The position numbers were made by a program, and so were the translations under genes. Under the pieces are notes generated by a model. That model did not search any database, was not told the DNA's origin, and saw only the letters and a program-made list of their open reading frames with translations. From an uncultured Nitrososphaerota archaeon (GTDB taxonomy: Archaea > Thermoproteota > Nitrososphaeria > Nitrososphaerales > CADDZS01): 64,000 nucleotides of DNA. Where the stretch lies: the NCBI GenBank assembly GCA_963799845.1, contig CAWCYI010000004.1, positions 1,472,001 to 1,536,000 on the forward strand, written 5' to 3'. Shown here piece after piece: positions 10,305 to 20,514 of this stretch (its first letter is position 1; every line of letters starts with the position of its first letter).

Positions 10305-10540
10305 GAGCTGGAAAGAGCTTTGTAACAGGCGAAGGCTATGGAACGAGCTGTTTCAATTGAATAGAGCTTGAAACGAGCTAGACACGATCTGCGGAGTACA
10401 CGTACACGGTTACAGAACTCCCCTAGGGGCCCCCTCTGTGTATAACAGCTTGAAACGAGCTCTTCTGTGAAAAAGTACGCGCGGTTGCGAAACGGCAGAA
10501 TTTTTTTCTTTAAGAATCAATTCGAACTAGGTATATGAAG
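10305..10540. repeat. Dispersed non-coding repeat element, copy A (AGCTTGAAACGAGCT family)
   Basis: Colinear similarity to 47462-47889; AGCT at 10306, 10316, 10346, 10365, 10376, 10447, 10458. Confidence 0.85.
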
Positions 10541-10636
10541 AACGAGTGGGTCTGGCTGTTTCTCGAGCCGACTTTGAACGAGCCGGTGCCTCAGATCATA
10601 AATACTGGAGGGAAGATCTGTGAAATCAAAGGATAG

Positions 10637-12127
10637 TTGGATTTGACTCAAGCTTCCATCGCGACTACAAAGAAACCATTTGCTCTGAAAATTTTGATTA
10701 ACGGTGAATGGAAGGAAAGCAACTCTGGAGAGTATCATCAGTCATACAACCCATCAAGCGGCGAGGTCATCGCGCATGTCCCGTACGTTTCGAAGGAGGA
10801 AGTGCACGAAGCCGCTACGGCAGCCCAGCAGGCTTTTCCAAAGTGGAGCAACCTTCCGATAACCGAGCGGGTAAAATATCTGTTCAGAATGAAGGAGGCG
10901 TTCGACCGCCACTACGAGGAGCTAGCGCAGATCAACTCGGAGAACCACGGCAAGACTATCGTCGAGAGCCGCGGAGACGTGAGGAGGGCAATCGACAACA
11001 TCGAGTCTGCGATTTCTGTAGCCTATACCCTCTCAAAGGGCCAGACGCAGGACCAGATCGCGACCGACATTGACGAGACCGTTGTGAAGGAACCGCTGGG
11101 AGTTTTCGGGATAATATGCCCGTTCAATTTTCCGCTCATGATTCCGTTCTGGTTCATCCCGTATGCCATCGTTCTTGGTGACACCCTCGTTGTGAAGCCG
11201 AGCGAAATTACGCCGGTCCCGATGGACACTGCTGCAAAAATTATCCAGGATGAGGTCAAGTTTCCGTCCGGCGTCCTAAATATCATCCACGGCGGTAGAG
11301 AGACCTCCGAGGCCCTGATTTCGCACGAAGACGTCCAGGGAGTCGCCTTTGTCGGCTCGACGCCGGTTGCAAAGCAGGTCTACAAACTGGCCGGAGAGCA
11401 CGGCAAAAGATCCCTGGTCAACGGCGGAGCAAAGAACCCAATCGTCGTGATGCCTGACGCTGATCTAAACTCGACCGTACCTGCTGTAGTTTCTTCGTTT
11501 TTTGGAAACGCGGGGCAGAGATGCCTTGCGGGAGCAAACCTGGTAACGGTCGGGGACGTGCACGATAAAGTTCTGTCAAAATTCAAGAGCGCCTCTTCCG
11601 GGCTCAGGATAGGCTACGCTCTGGATGAAACGACCGACATGGGGCCGGTAGTGTCTAGAAGTGCGAAGGAGCGAATACTTGCGAACATCGAGCAGGGAGT
11701 CGAGGATGGTGCAAAGCCGGTCGTGGATGGGCGGAGCGTCACGATCGCGGAATACCCTGACGGGTACTACCTTGGGCCAACGATATTCGACGATGTCACA
11801 TCCGACATGCGGCTATCGAGGAACGAGATCTTCGGACCGGTAGCGAGCACCGTCTCCCAGAAGACTCTGGACGACGCGATCGAATTCATCAACGGAAACA
11901 CGAAATTCGGGAATATGGCGAGCATATTCACAACGAGTGGAAAGGCTGCGAGAGAGTTCAGGCGCAGAGTGAACGCGGGAAATATCGGGATAAACATCGG
12001 TGTCGCTTCGCCGGCGGGAAACTTTCCATTTGGTGGGCGGAAAGAATCGTTCTACGGCATACTCCACGCGCAAATCGACACCGTCGAGTTTTTCACCGAC
12101 AAGAAAGTCATCATATCCCACTGGTAA
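10637..12127 (+). CDS. mmsA: CoA-acylating (methyl)malonate-semialdehyde dehydrogenase
   Basis: PFNFP, KPSE, FVGSTP, GGAKN, catalytic AGQRCLA, EIFGPV, FPFGGRKESFYG. Confidence 0.9.
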   Translation: MDLTQASIATTKKPFALKILINGEWKESNSGEYHQSYNPSSGEVIAHVPYVSKEEVHEAATAAQQAFPKWSNLPITERVKYLFRMKEAFDRHYEELAQINSENHGKTIVESRGDVRRAIDNIESAISVAYTLSKGQTQDQIATDIDETVVKEPLGVFGIICPFNFPLMIPFWFIPYAIVLGDTLVVKPSEITPVPMDTAAKIIQDEVKFPSGVLNIIHGGRETSEALISHEDVQGVAFVGSTPVAKQVYKLAGEHGKRSLVNGGAKNPIVVMPDADLNSTVPAVVSSFFGNAGQRCLAGANLVTVGDVHDKVLSKFKSASSGLRIGYALDETTDMGPVVSRSAKERILANIEQGVEDGAKPVVDGRSVTIAEYPDGYYLGPTIFDDVTSDMRLSRNEIFGPVASTVSQKTLDDAIEFINGNTKFGNMASIFTTSGKAAREFRRRVNAGNIGINIGVASPAGNFPFGGRKESFYGILHAQIDTVEFFTDKKVIISHW

Positions 12128-12215
12128 TGGAAAGCTTATCTGCCGTCCCCCAGTGCCGTGGGTGACATATGCCCAAGAAAGTAATCGAAGGTAGCTGAGA
12201 GTCAAGATCGACATT

Positions 12216-13032
12216 CTAAATCTTGATTTGCTCGAGCACCTTCGAGCCGAAATTTGTGAAACCGGTCTGGTAGCATATCCCATAGATTGGTTCAATAAGG
12301 CCTATCTTTTCAAGCTCTTCATTTGTCGATCTGCCTCAGCTCAACTTTGCCTTCCCCATACCAGATTTCTTCTCCGAGCTTGGCGTTACCCTTCTGGATT
12401 TCCACAAGCTCATTAACGGAATTCTGTCCGGAAGAGTTCGCCGGAAAGTATCGCCATCCATAAACCGATGGCGGAGAAATGATATCCTTGGAAGTGCCCT
12501 TCCGTTTGATCTCAAGGCTCACGGAAAGAAGCCTAGAACCGTGCCTTGCGCAGTATCCGGAAAGCTTGACACCCGGACCGTAATACGGGACCTTGGGAAC
12601 ATATCTGTGCAGTCTAGTAAGCTGGATATCATCGGCGAGTTTCTTCGAATAACCAAGAGCCCATCCGCGAACGAGAGACCAATCGCGATCGACCCACATG
12701 AAAGGATAGTATATTCCGGGGTTGCCTCTGTAACTGCATCTTATCCCCAATGCCGCTTCGCGGTACGTCGCTTGGGCCGGATCGTTGTAGGGAGCTTCCA
12801 TGTCATTCTCGCTAACGGTGCAAACGAAATCACTAACATAGGCGACGGCAGATCCATCGGACACCTTCAGCTGATCCGGAAGGAAATACTGTAGTTTTTC
12901 AGGGTCGGACTTGAAATAAACGGTGATGTAATCTGCTCCGTAGTAATAGGGCGGAGCTTGAACGACAGATGAACTTCCCGATGGTGTTAAGAAATGAAAA
13001 TATGGCTTCATGATGATTGTGACGGCCTTCAA
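12216..13032 (-). CDS. Acetoacetate decarboxylase-like family protein; C-terminus shifted at TCAGCT 12336-12341
   Basis: PPYYYG, Y.EA, MWVD.D.SLVRGWALGYSKK Schiff-base Lys motif; removing one base continues ELGRSTNEELEKIG... Confidence 0.8.
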
Positions 13033-13177
13033 GAGTTAATATTGATTCCCCGGCTTTCATGACAATTCTCAGCTAGTTTGACAATACCAATCTTATGATC
13101 GTGCAATTCAAGAAATTTTCATACCTTGCTTCCGTTCTGACAAACAATAAATTACTTAACCTGCAAAAGGTCCATCC

Positions 13178-13716
13178 ATGCTCGAACTGGGAAAGCAGGC
13201 TCCAAATTTCGAAAGTCTAAAAGCTGACAGACGGAAAGGAGTATTCTTTAAGCTCATTTGAGAAAAATCCCGTTCTCATAGTTATTTTCTCGTGCAATCA
13301 TTGCCCGTACGTCGTAGCGTACGAGGACAGGATGGTTACTATCCAGAAGGACTATGCCTCGAAGGGGGTGCAGCTGAATTGCGATCAACTCGAACGACGA
13401 AAAGGCCTACCCCGAGGACAGTTTTCCCAGCATGGTGAAGAGGGCAAAGGACAAGCACTTTAATTTCGTGTACGCCCGCGACCCCGACCAGAGTGTAGTC
13501 GACGCCTACGGAGCAGTTTGTACTCCACACGTCTTCGCGTTCGACAAGGACAGAAAACTTGCGTACAGGGGCAGGATTGATGACTCCAAAGAACAATCAA
13601 AGGTAAAATCCAACGATTTGCGAAACGCAGTGAACGATCTGCTTTCGGGAAAAAAGGTCAGCGTTCCCGACACGAGACCCTTTGGCTGCAGCATAAAACT
13701 GATCAGCGCTCTGTAA
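13178..13716 (+). CDS. Thioredoxin/AhpC-TSA family redoxin; two frameshifts, both at AGCTGA
   Basis: Restored LGKQAPNF...DGKEYSL...CNHCPYV...AINSND...YPEDSF...YGAVCTP...YRGRIDD. Confidence 0.88.
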
Positions 13717-13773
13717 TTTCTGATACCAAACTGTCATATCTACTTCAGTTCGCTGCGAGTTTCGCTGAGCAAA

Positions 13774-14811
13774 ATGAGATTAGGCGCAGTCATCGACGAT
13801 ATTTCCCCTACGGATTCTCTCCAGAGAGGAGTTAGAGCAGAGCGTCTGGGCTTTGATTCTCTGTGGTTCTCGGATCACCTGATGGATACAGGAGGAATCA
13901 GAATCGATCCGTGGACGACGATGGGAGCGATATCTGCGAGTACAACAAAAATTGAAATGTGCTGCGCGGTCAGCGATGTCCAGCGAGTTCATCCCGCGAA
14001 ACTGGCGCACATGGTCGCAACGCTCTCTGACCTCAGCAAGGGGAGAACGCTTCTCGGTGTTGGCGCGGGAGAGGCGATGAACCTCGTACCTTTTGGCATC
14101 GAGTTTGGAGCTCCCAAGGAACGCGTCGAGCGACTGGGGGAAGCGATTCAGGTTGCAAAGCTGCTCTGGTCCTCAAGCTCAAGGAACCCGATCTCATTCC
14201 AGGGGAGATTTTTTTCGCTGAAGGATGCATGGCTCGACATTCCGATTCGCACTGGGATACCGAAAGTAATTGTGGGAGCACTGGGAGGCCGACGCGCGCT
14301 TGAGGTTGCCGGCAAATATGGGGATGGATGGGTATCGTGGCTAAACAGCCCGGAGACATTCAGCAAGAAACTTGAGATTGCCAAATCCTCGGCGAGGGCG
14401 GCTGGAAAATCACTCGATGATTTCAGAGCGTGCATCTGGGTCTATACCATCCTGACATCTGACGAAGCCGAGATAAGGAAGGCTCTGAATCGCGCAAAGC
14501 GCGGATTGCTCGCAGAAGGCCAGACACTCAAGATGATGGGCTTTGATCGCCCCCAAGGGCTGGGAAAAACTTACCAGAACATGCTGCTTTCGGAAGAGGG
14601 AGCGAAAAAGATTCCATCAGTTCAAGATAGCGTTCCAGATGACATCGTTCTCGAGATCGTCGCTGCTGGTAGTTCATCCAAGATTATCGAGAGGATCGAA
14701 GAGTTCAGCAAGGCCGGAGCTACGGACGCACTGATACACTTTGTCGGCGACGATCAGAATCAGATGGAAGATTTTTCAAGGGAAATTCTGGATTATTTCA
14801 ATTCGAAATAA
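13774..14811 (+). CDS. LLM-class (luciferase-like, flavin/F420-dependent) oxidoreductase
   Basis: GFDSLWFSDH, HPAKLA, GRTLLGVGAGEAMN, AGKYGDGW. Confidence 0.9.
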   Translation: MRLGAVIDDISPTDSLQRGVRAERLGFDSLWFSDHLMDTGGIRIDPWTTMGAISASTTKIEMCCAVSDVQRVHPAKLAHMVATLSDLSKGRTLLGVGAGEAMNLVPFGIEFGAPKERVERLGEAIQVAKLLWSSSSRNPISFQGRFFSLKDAWLDIPIRTGIPKVIVGALGGRRALEVAGKYGDGWVSWLNSPETFSKKLEIAKSSARAAGKSLDDFRACIWVYTILTSDEAEIRKALNRAKRGLLAEGQTLKMMGFDRPQGLGKTYQNMLLSEEGAKKIPSVQDSVPDDIVLEIVAAGSSSKIIERIEEFSKAGATDALIHFVGDDQNQMEDFSREILDYFNSK

Positions 14812-14860
14812 TTCCCTGAACTCCCAGAATCAATGACCGTGTCAGTGTAGTTGTCGGTAC

Positions 14861-15022
14861 CTAAGGCTCAAGATTATGAGCATGCCTTAAATGGAATAGG
14901 TACTTTTTCTCATCTATTGCTTCGAGATGTTCAGTTCTCATAGAGTTTTGCACAAACTCACAGAACGTGCACGAATAAATCTCATATCTGACTTCTCTCG
15001 TAAAATCTTGTTTTGTTGACAC
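14861..15022 (-). CDS. Small C2H2-type zinc-finger-like protein (53 aa), not in ORF track
   Basis: Manual translation from GTG: MSTKQDFTREVRYEIYSCTFCEFVQNSMRTEHLEAIDEKKYLFHLRHAHNLEP; TTTAAC about 20 nt upstream. Confidence 0.6.
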   Translation of the reverse strand: MSTKQDFTREVRYEIYSCTFCEFVQNSMRTEHLEAIDEKKYLFHLRHAHNLEP

Positions 15023-15245
15023 GATTATTTTCTTGCTCCAGCGTTAAACCGATGAAGATACCAATCAAAAGCCCTCAATGTAAGCAAATTCGCTGAAAGT
15101 CGGTAATGAAGGTTCTCCGTCTTTGGGAAAAATTACTAACGCGCACCGATATGGTATCTTTGATCAGGTTCTATTGCATGGTCATTTTCAGTGATTTCTT
15201 CATGCAACCATAACTATAGAGACCGTTGCTCGGAGGAGCGGCTTT

Positions 15246-17519
15246 CTAGTACAGAGTTGCAAAGTACCCAGGCCCCACACCACCGGGGCCGGCAGGGTTT
15301 ATCGACGGATTGTAGTAAAAGCCGTGGACGTTTGAAGTCAACGTCACGAAATTGATCGTGTTGAACGTCCACAGGTACATCACCATGCTGTTTGCGAGTT
15401 GATTCATCTGATTACTGATCTCGATCAGACCCGTCGTATTCCCAGCCGAATTAGCCGAGACCGCCTCCTGGAAGAGAACGCTCATCTGGGTAACATTCCA
15501 ACCGTCGGGATTGGTGTACGACTGACCCGGAGCGAACATCGGGCCCAGGAAATCCAGTACCCACGGGTAATCTTGCTCGTAACCTAGCGAGTACATGTAA
15601 AAGTACGTGGGGGTCGTAAAAGCCTCAGTTGTTAACTCGCCCAGCGGTATCGGCACGACATCGACAGTCAGTCCCATGTTGTACGTCGAGCTGATGTTGT
15701 TGATTGTCGTTGCGATTTGCTCGAATATTGACTGATCGACGGTGTCACCAGTCTGGAAATACAGAGAGATCGATTGCCCAACTGGATGAGCGCACTGACT
15801 GTTAGCACCTAGAGTCGGACATCCGAATGTGTTGTTGAATAATCCCTGCGGTGCCGAAGTTCCATTTGTGAACGTGAACTTTGTGAGCGGACTGGACATC
15901 GCCTGGAGCAGAAGCTGAGCCGCCATGTCTGGGTTGAAGCTGTACGCGGGCGTGATTGAAGAGTTGAATGCCCCGGCTGGTGGGATACCCGGTGGAACGA
16001 CGTTGAGTGCCACGGGAGCGAGCTTGTTTCCTTCACTGATCCCGATATCAGTCATGTTTACCGAGTCGGCAAAAGCTAATCTGAAGCGCAGGTCGGCAAA
16101 CGGCTGGAAGATATAGAACGCTCCGGTCTGCGAGTTCGTTACGTTGGTTGCGAACGGATCGAACAGAGTGCCGTAAAAATCGTACGGCCCGTAGATCGAC
16201 ACGCCTGAGATGATGGAAGTAAGCGTGTTGGAATTCAGCCAGGAGTTTCGATCAGCTACGTCGTAAAGATTGGAATCTGCCACGTCAATCGCCATCGCTC
16301 CTCCTGACGAGGCTGCATTCTTGAGATCTATCTCTCTCGTCGTCTGACTGGGAACGTACTTGAACTCAACAGTGGATATTCTGGGAGTGATTCGCGATCC
16401 GCCATCAAACTGGAACGGGCCACCCCAGTAGTTAGGATTACTTTCCATTACCACGTTGTTGGAAGACTGGCTGAAGCTCTGGAGGATGTACGGACCCGTG
16501 CCCGCGAGCGACCCCTGATACGAGGTATCAAGATAAGTTGCACCACACCCCGACGGAGTTGGGCCGGAGTTGCAGGTGGCGGAAAGATCTTGGAAGTACT
16601 CGTTTATTTGCTGAGTAAGATTGCCGCTCAGAGAAGGAAACGGCAGGGTGTATCCGGAACCGGAAGCATTCCAGAGCGCGAGGTCATGCTGCATAGTCCA
16701 TTCAGGCGCCATTATGCCGCCCCAAACTCCTGCAAGGATGTAGGGAAATGCCACGCTCGGATTGCTCGCGTGCAATGAAAATGTTAAGGGCCCCGTTACC
16801 TGGACAAAATTTTCTCCGAGCACGTCATCAACGTAACTCGATCCATAGGTCTGCGGACAGCAGAGGACGCTGCTCAGGCTCGTATTGAGCACCTGCTGGA
16901 AAAGCCACGATGCCTGCGTGGCATGGCTGGTCGGGGTGCTCGAATCCTCGAGAAGTACTCGATTCAACGAGAAATAAACTGCCGTCGAATTTAGAGGAGT
17001 TCCATCCTGGAAAGTAATGTTGCTTCTCAGAGTAAAGTTGTACTCGGAAAGATCTGGAGATACGGTATAACTCTGAGCAAGCCAGGGTATCACGCAGGTT
17101 GAACAGCTGCCGTTGAAAAATACTAGATTCTCGTAGACGTTTTGCAAAATATTTAGGTCGTACTCGGAAAATGCTATGCTGGGGTCGAGAAACGCGGGGG
17201 TCTCGGCAACCTCGTAAGTAAATGTGCTTGGAATTTCGGATGAGCTGGTGGATATTGTTGATGATGTTGTAGAAAGGGATGATGAAGTTGTGAGGGATGT
17301 AGTCGGTGAAGAGGTGGAGGACGACGTGGATTGGCTGCTCGATGTAAAAGAACTTGTCAGAGGAGATACGGTAGAGCTCTGCGAAGTGGAACTCGTTGAT
17401 GTCGACGTACTTTTTTGCTGGTTTGCAAGCGCCAGATAGCCCGCAGCTCCGGCGGCAATTACAATGATAATTACGACCAGGATTGCGAGACTCTTAGAAA
17501 TCGCTCGATGACTATTCAC
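15246..17519 (-). CDS. ABC transporter substrate-binding protein, family 5 (peptide/nickel), paralogue 1
   Basis: RAIS plus hydrophobic N-terminus, S/T linker, LDP, QNVYENL, PWLAQSY, FTLRSNITFQDG, GTGPY, NPNYWG. Confidence 0.88.
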   Translation of the reverse strand: MNSHRAISKSLAILVVIIIVIAAGAAGYLALANQQKSTSTSTSSTSQSSTVSPLTSSFTSSSQSTSSSTSSPTTSLTTSSSLSTTSSTISTSSSEIPSTFTYEVAETPAFLDPSIAFSEYDLNILQNVYENLVFFNGSCSTCVIPWLAQSYTVSPDLSEYNFTLRSNITFQDGTPLNSTAVYFSLNRVLLEDSSTPTSHATQASWLFQQVLNTSLSSVLCCPQTYGSSYVDDVLGENFVQVTGPLTFSLHASNPSVAFPYILAGVWGGIMAPEWTMQHDLALWNASGSGYTLPFPSLSGNLTQQINEYFQDLSATCNSGPTPSGCGATYLDTSYQGSLAGTGPYILQSFSQSSNNVVMESNPNYWGGPFQFDGGSRITPRISTVEFKYVPSQTTREIDLKNAASSGGAMAIDVADSNLYDVADRNSWLNSNTLTSIISGVSIYGPYDFYGTLFDPFATNVTNSQTGAFYIFQPFADLRFRLAFADSVNMTDIGISEGNKLAPVALNVVPPGIPPAGAFNSSITPAYSFNPDMAAQLLLQAMSSPLTKFTFTNGTSAPQGLFNNTFGCPTLGANSQCAHPVGQSISLYFQTGDTVDQSIFEQIATTINNISSTYNMGLTVDVVPIPLGELTTEAFTTPTYFYMYSLGYEQDYPWVLDFLGPMFAPGQSYTNPDGWNVTQMSVLFQEAVSANSAGNTTGLIEISNQMNQLANSMVMYLWTFNTINFVTLTSNVHGFYYNPSINPAGPGGVGPGYFATLY

Positions 17520-17675
17520 GGCTTTCTGAATCCGAGCAGAACAACTAAAATTTAAGCCTTGAACGGCACGTTATAGCTGGAGTCTCCATCTGTCGGCATT
17601 CCATTGCTCATCTAAAGAGATGTATGAGGAGGAAAGAAGGCTCATCTCAGGCTGCAGCTCAAGTTGCGCCCAAGT

Positions 17676-18287
17676 CTAGCGATTGCGTCTCTTCGGCCAA
17701 CGCATTAGCGTGTCAACATCGAACCCAGAAGAACTATCTGAAACGGAATACTCGTACTCACTGTCAGAAAAACCTTGGCGACGCGCTAAAAAACTTCGCG
17801 CTTTCGAAGAGAAGAGCGTCAAATCTGTGCTGGAGCCTCCCAGATCTTCCTCCGTCCACACAGCCGCCTTAATGAAAGACTTCAACTCGTCTCTTGCAAT
17901 GGAGTTTTTTAGGTCCTTCTTATGCCTATCAATATCCGCGGCTAGTTGAGGAGAATCCAATCCTGCTTTTCTTTTTTCCTCGTAGAGCAAGACTAATTCA
18001 CGTGCTTCTGCGTACTTACCTTCATCCTCCAGAGATTTAACCTTCTTTGACAATGACAGTTTATCTTTCAAAACATTATATTCCCGATCCAATTGCGAAT
18101 AGTCTTTATCTATAGCCCCCCTGGGGATCGGAGAACCCTCTCTTGCATACCGATCGAATTTCTTATAATAGTAACCGACTGTGCTATCTGGAATACCCGT
18201 CTTGGCGGAGGCTTCCTCGATGGTATCGCCGCGCTTCCAGCATTCATAAAGAACGTCGTTCCGATTATGATTCGATGGAATTCCCAT
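17676..18287 (-). CDS. Hypothetical protein with N-terminal HTH-like motif
   Basis: GDTIEEASAKTGIPDSTVGYYYKKF resembles an HTH. Confidence 0.65.
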   Translation of the reverse strand: MGIPSNHNRNDVLYECWKRGDTIEEASAKTGIPDSTVGYYYKKFDRYAREGSPIPRGAIDKDYSQLDREYNVLKDKLSLSKKVKSLEDEGKYAEARELVLLYEEKRKAGLDSPQLAADIDRHKKDLKNSIARDELKSFIKAAVWTEEDLGGSSTDLTLFSSKARSFLARRQGFSDSEYEYSVSDSSSGFDVDTLMRWPKRRNR

Positions 18288-18313
18288 AGGATTCCTATAG
18301 GAAATTCTATGAG
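18281..18313. promoter_or_regulatory. Palindromic/direct-repeat operator-like site overlapping the HTH gene start
   Basis: ttcccatagg attcctatagg aaattctatg; perfect palindrome TTCCTATAGGAA. Confidence 0.45.
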
Positions 18314-18773
18314 ATAAACTTTATTTCTTGCCGTTGGCTAAATAGCAAAAGCGTAACCACCCCAAGGTTTCCGACGACAAATCTCTTCGATGGGATCAGT
18401 AGAAACATACAAACGACTACTATCATAATCCGTCGTCAGTCCGAGGATAGCGGGATTCCTTTAGCATCACCAGAGGACTCTTACCACACCAGAAGTTTAA
18501 GAGTCATTGACTACTTCAAACTGCTCGTCAACGTATTCCCCACGAGCTAGAGGATTGACTATAGGTGGTTTGTAAAGAAAGCCAGTACGATTTCACTGTG
18601 TCACATTGGGTTTGAGTATACATACTGTGCGCAGGCGCCGGTATCTCTACATGCGTAACATTCTGCAAGTCTTTCTCGAGCTCATCCGAAGCTCCAGGAA
18701 TAACAACTTCGCGCAATTCGTTCTAAACATTAAAATCTTGAGAAAATAGCTAGCGCGAATCGTAATTTTCGAT

Positions 18774-20132
18774 TTGACCGCTGAAAAGACCGCAAAAGAG
18801 GAGAAGGAGTATGTAGCTTATGCTGAAGGCCTTGACACCAGAAGATCGTACGAGACTTACCGCCGAGCTGTCAAGGTCATGCCCGGAGGCGCTAGTTCTC
18901 ACGGTCAGTGTTACCCAGTTTTCGATCCGTACCCGTTAACATTCAAAAAAGGAAAGGGAACGAAGATATGGGATATTGACGGCAATGAATATCTTGATTT
19001 TATTCTCGCAATGGGCCCGCTGATCCATGGCCACGCCCACCCTGCTCTGATCAAGGCGGCATCGGAGCAATTGGAGAAGGGAACGATGTTTGCGGTTTTG
19101 CACGACCTCGAAGTAGATCTTGCGGAGAAGGTCTGCGAGATGACCTCCATGGACATGGTGAGATTTTCCAACAGCGGTGCCGAAGCGACGCAGGCAGCTA
19201 TCAGGCTGGCGAGGGGCTACACCGGGAAGAAAAAAATCATAAAGTTTGAAGGCGCATATCACGGCGGCCACGATTATGTTCTCGCCGGCACGGGAGGGAC
19301 TCCTCCGATGGGGCCCGACTCCGCCCTTTATACCATTCCTGCATCGTGGGGTATCCCTGAGGAAACGCTGGCGAACACGATTCTGGTTCGATGGAACGAT
19401 TTTAACGCTCTAAAGAAAGTAGTCAGTCGTCATGCGAATGAGATTGCCGCAATCATAACCGAGCCGATTTTGATGAACCTGGGAACGATCCTTCCGGAGG
19501 AGGGATTTCTGGAAACGATGAGGGAGCTGTGCACCGCAAATGACATGGTGTTCATACTCGACGAGGTCATCAGCGGCTTTCGGCTCGCGAGAGGAGGGGC
19601 GCAGGAATATTTCAAGATCAAGGCAGACATTGCGACCTACGCCAAAGCGCTTGGCGCAGGTTTTCCGATTTCTGCTCTCGCAGGTAAGAGGGAGATATTT
19701 GAGAATCTCGTACCGGGCAAGGTATTCCACGCGGGCACTTACAATGCCAATCCACTCGTCGTGGCTGCGTCTTACGCATCCCTGACCGAGCTTGACAAAC
19801 CCGGAACATATGCAAAGTTGCACAAGATTGGAAACATGCTGCAGGATGGACTCGAGGAAGCTATCGATGACACGAAGACCCAGGCGATAGTTCAAGGAGC
19901 GGGGCCCGGTGGCTGCCAGCTGCTCTTCACAAAACTGCCCAGGATTAGGGACTATCGCGACTTTCTCACTGCCGACTCGGAGAAGTACATGAGGATGCAC
20001 AAGAAGCTGCTGAAGAGAGGGATTTACTTCCATCCACAGCAGTACGAGCATCTATTCATCTCCACAGTGCATTCGGAAGAGGACGTTCACCACTGCATTT
20101 CAAACGTGAAAGAAGTCTTGCGGGAGCTTTAG
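18774..20132 (+). CDS. Class III PLP aminotransferase, glutamate-1-semialdehyde aminomutase-like
   Basis: VMPGG, WDIDGNEYLD, RFSNSGAEA, KFEGAYHG, DEVISGFR, YAKALGAG, AGTYNANP. Confidence 0.88.
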   Translation: MTAEKTAKEEKEYVAYAEGLDTRRSYETYRRAVKVMPGGASSHGQCYPVFDPYPLTFKKGKGTKIWDIDGNEYLDFILAMGPLIHGHAHPALIKAASEQLEKGTMFAVLHDLEVDLAEKVCEMTSMDMVRFSNSGAEATQAAIRLARGYTGKKKIIKFEGAYHGGHDYVLAGTGGTPPMGPDSALYTIPASWGIPEETLANTILVRWNDFNALKKVVSRHANEIAAIITEPILMNLGTILPEEGFLETMRELCTANDMVFILDEVISGFRLARGGAQEYFKIKADIATYAKALGAGFPISALAGKREIFENLVPGKVFHAGTYNANPLVVAASYASLTELDKPGTYAKLHKIGNMLQDGLEEAIDDTKTQAIVQGAGPGGCQLLFTKLPRIRDYRDFLTADSEKYMRMHKKLLKRGIYFHPQQYEHLFISTVHSEEDVHHCISNVKEVLREL

Positions 20133-20139
20133 AGAGTTC

Positions 20140-20502
20140 TTGATAAAGAACGCTAACGCGACGATATATGTCTCGGATGTTGATAGTGCTCTAAAATTCT
20201 ATACTGACGTGCTCGGGATGAAGGTGAAATCTCACTGGGGGAAGGATTTTGCCGAGCTTGAGACAAATGGATTGACGATAGGTCTACACCCTGCGACTCA
20301 GAGCGGGCCGAAACCGGGAACGAGCGGCAGCATTTCAATCGGACTTGAGGTCGATGACCTTGACTCAACTGTCGCGCAGTTCAAGGAAAAGGGAGTCACG
20401 TTCAATGGCAAAGTTATGGAGGACGGCCCGGTTCGATTGGCGTTCTTTGGAGATCCGGACGGAAACGCGTTCTATCTTGCCCAGGTCAAGAGCGGGATGT
20501 GA
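20140..20502 (+). CDS. VOC/glyoxalase family protein
   Basis: IYVSDVDSALKFYTDVLG; FGDPDGN. Confidence 0.9.
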   Translation: MIKNANATIYVSDVDSALKFYTDVLGMKVKSHWGKDFAELETNGLTIGLHPATQSGPKPGTSGSISIGLEVDDLDSTVAQFKEKGVTFNGKVMEDGPVRLAFFGDPDGNAFYLAQVKSGM

Positions 20503-20514
20503 GATAGAAATCGG

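Noticed and set aside
10350-10374. GTTTCAATTGAATAGAGCTTGAAAC resembles an archaeal CRISPR repeat
   Set aside because: Single occurrence, no regular repeat-spacer period and no cas genes; it is part of the AGCT repeat element
10416-10520. Short minus-strand ORF (MILKEKNSAVSQPRV...) echoed in copy B (MIHKEKNSVVSQPRV...)
   Set aside because: Copy B stops after 18 codons and indels between copies do not preserve frame; the similarity is explained by DNA-level homology, though coding is not fully excluded
10305-10540. Repeat element as a replication origin (ORB boxes)
   Set aside because: No TCCA..GGAAA plus G-string ORB consensus, no adjacent cdc6/orc1, and several dispersed copies
18528-18716. 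62-aa ORF resembling an alpha/beta-hydrolase C-terminus (VEIP..AH)
   Set aside because: Too short and degraded to support a call
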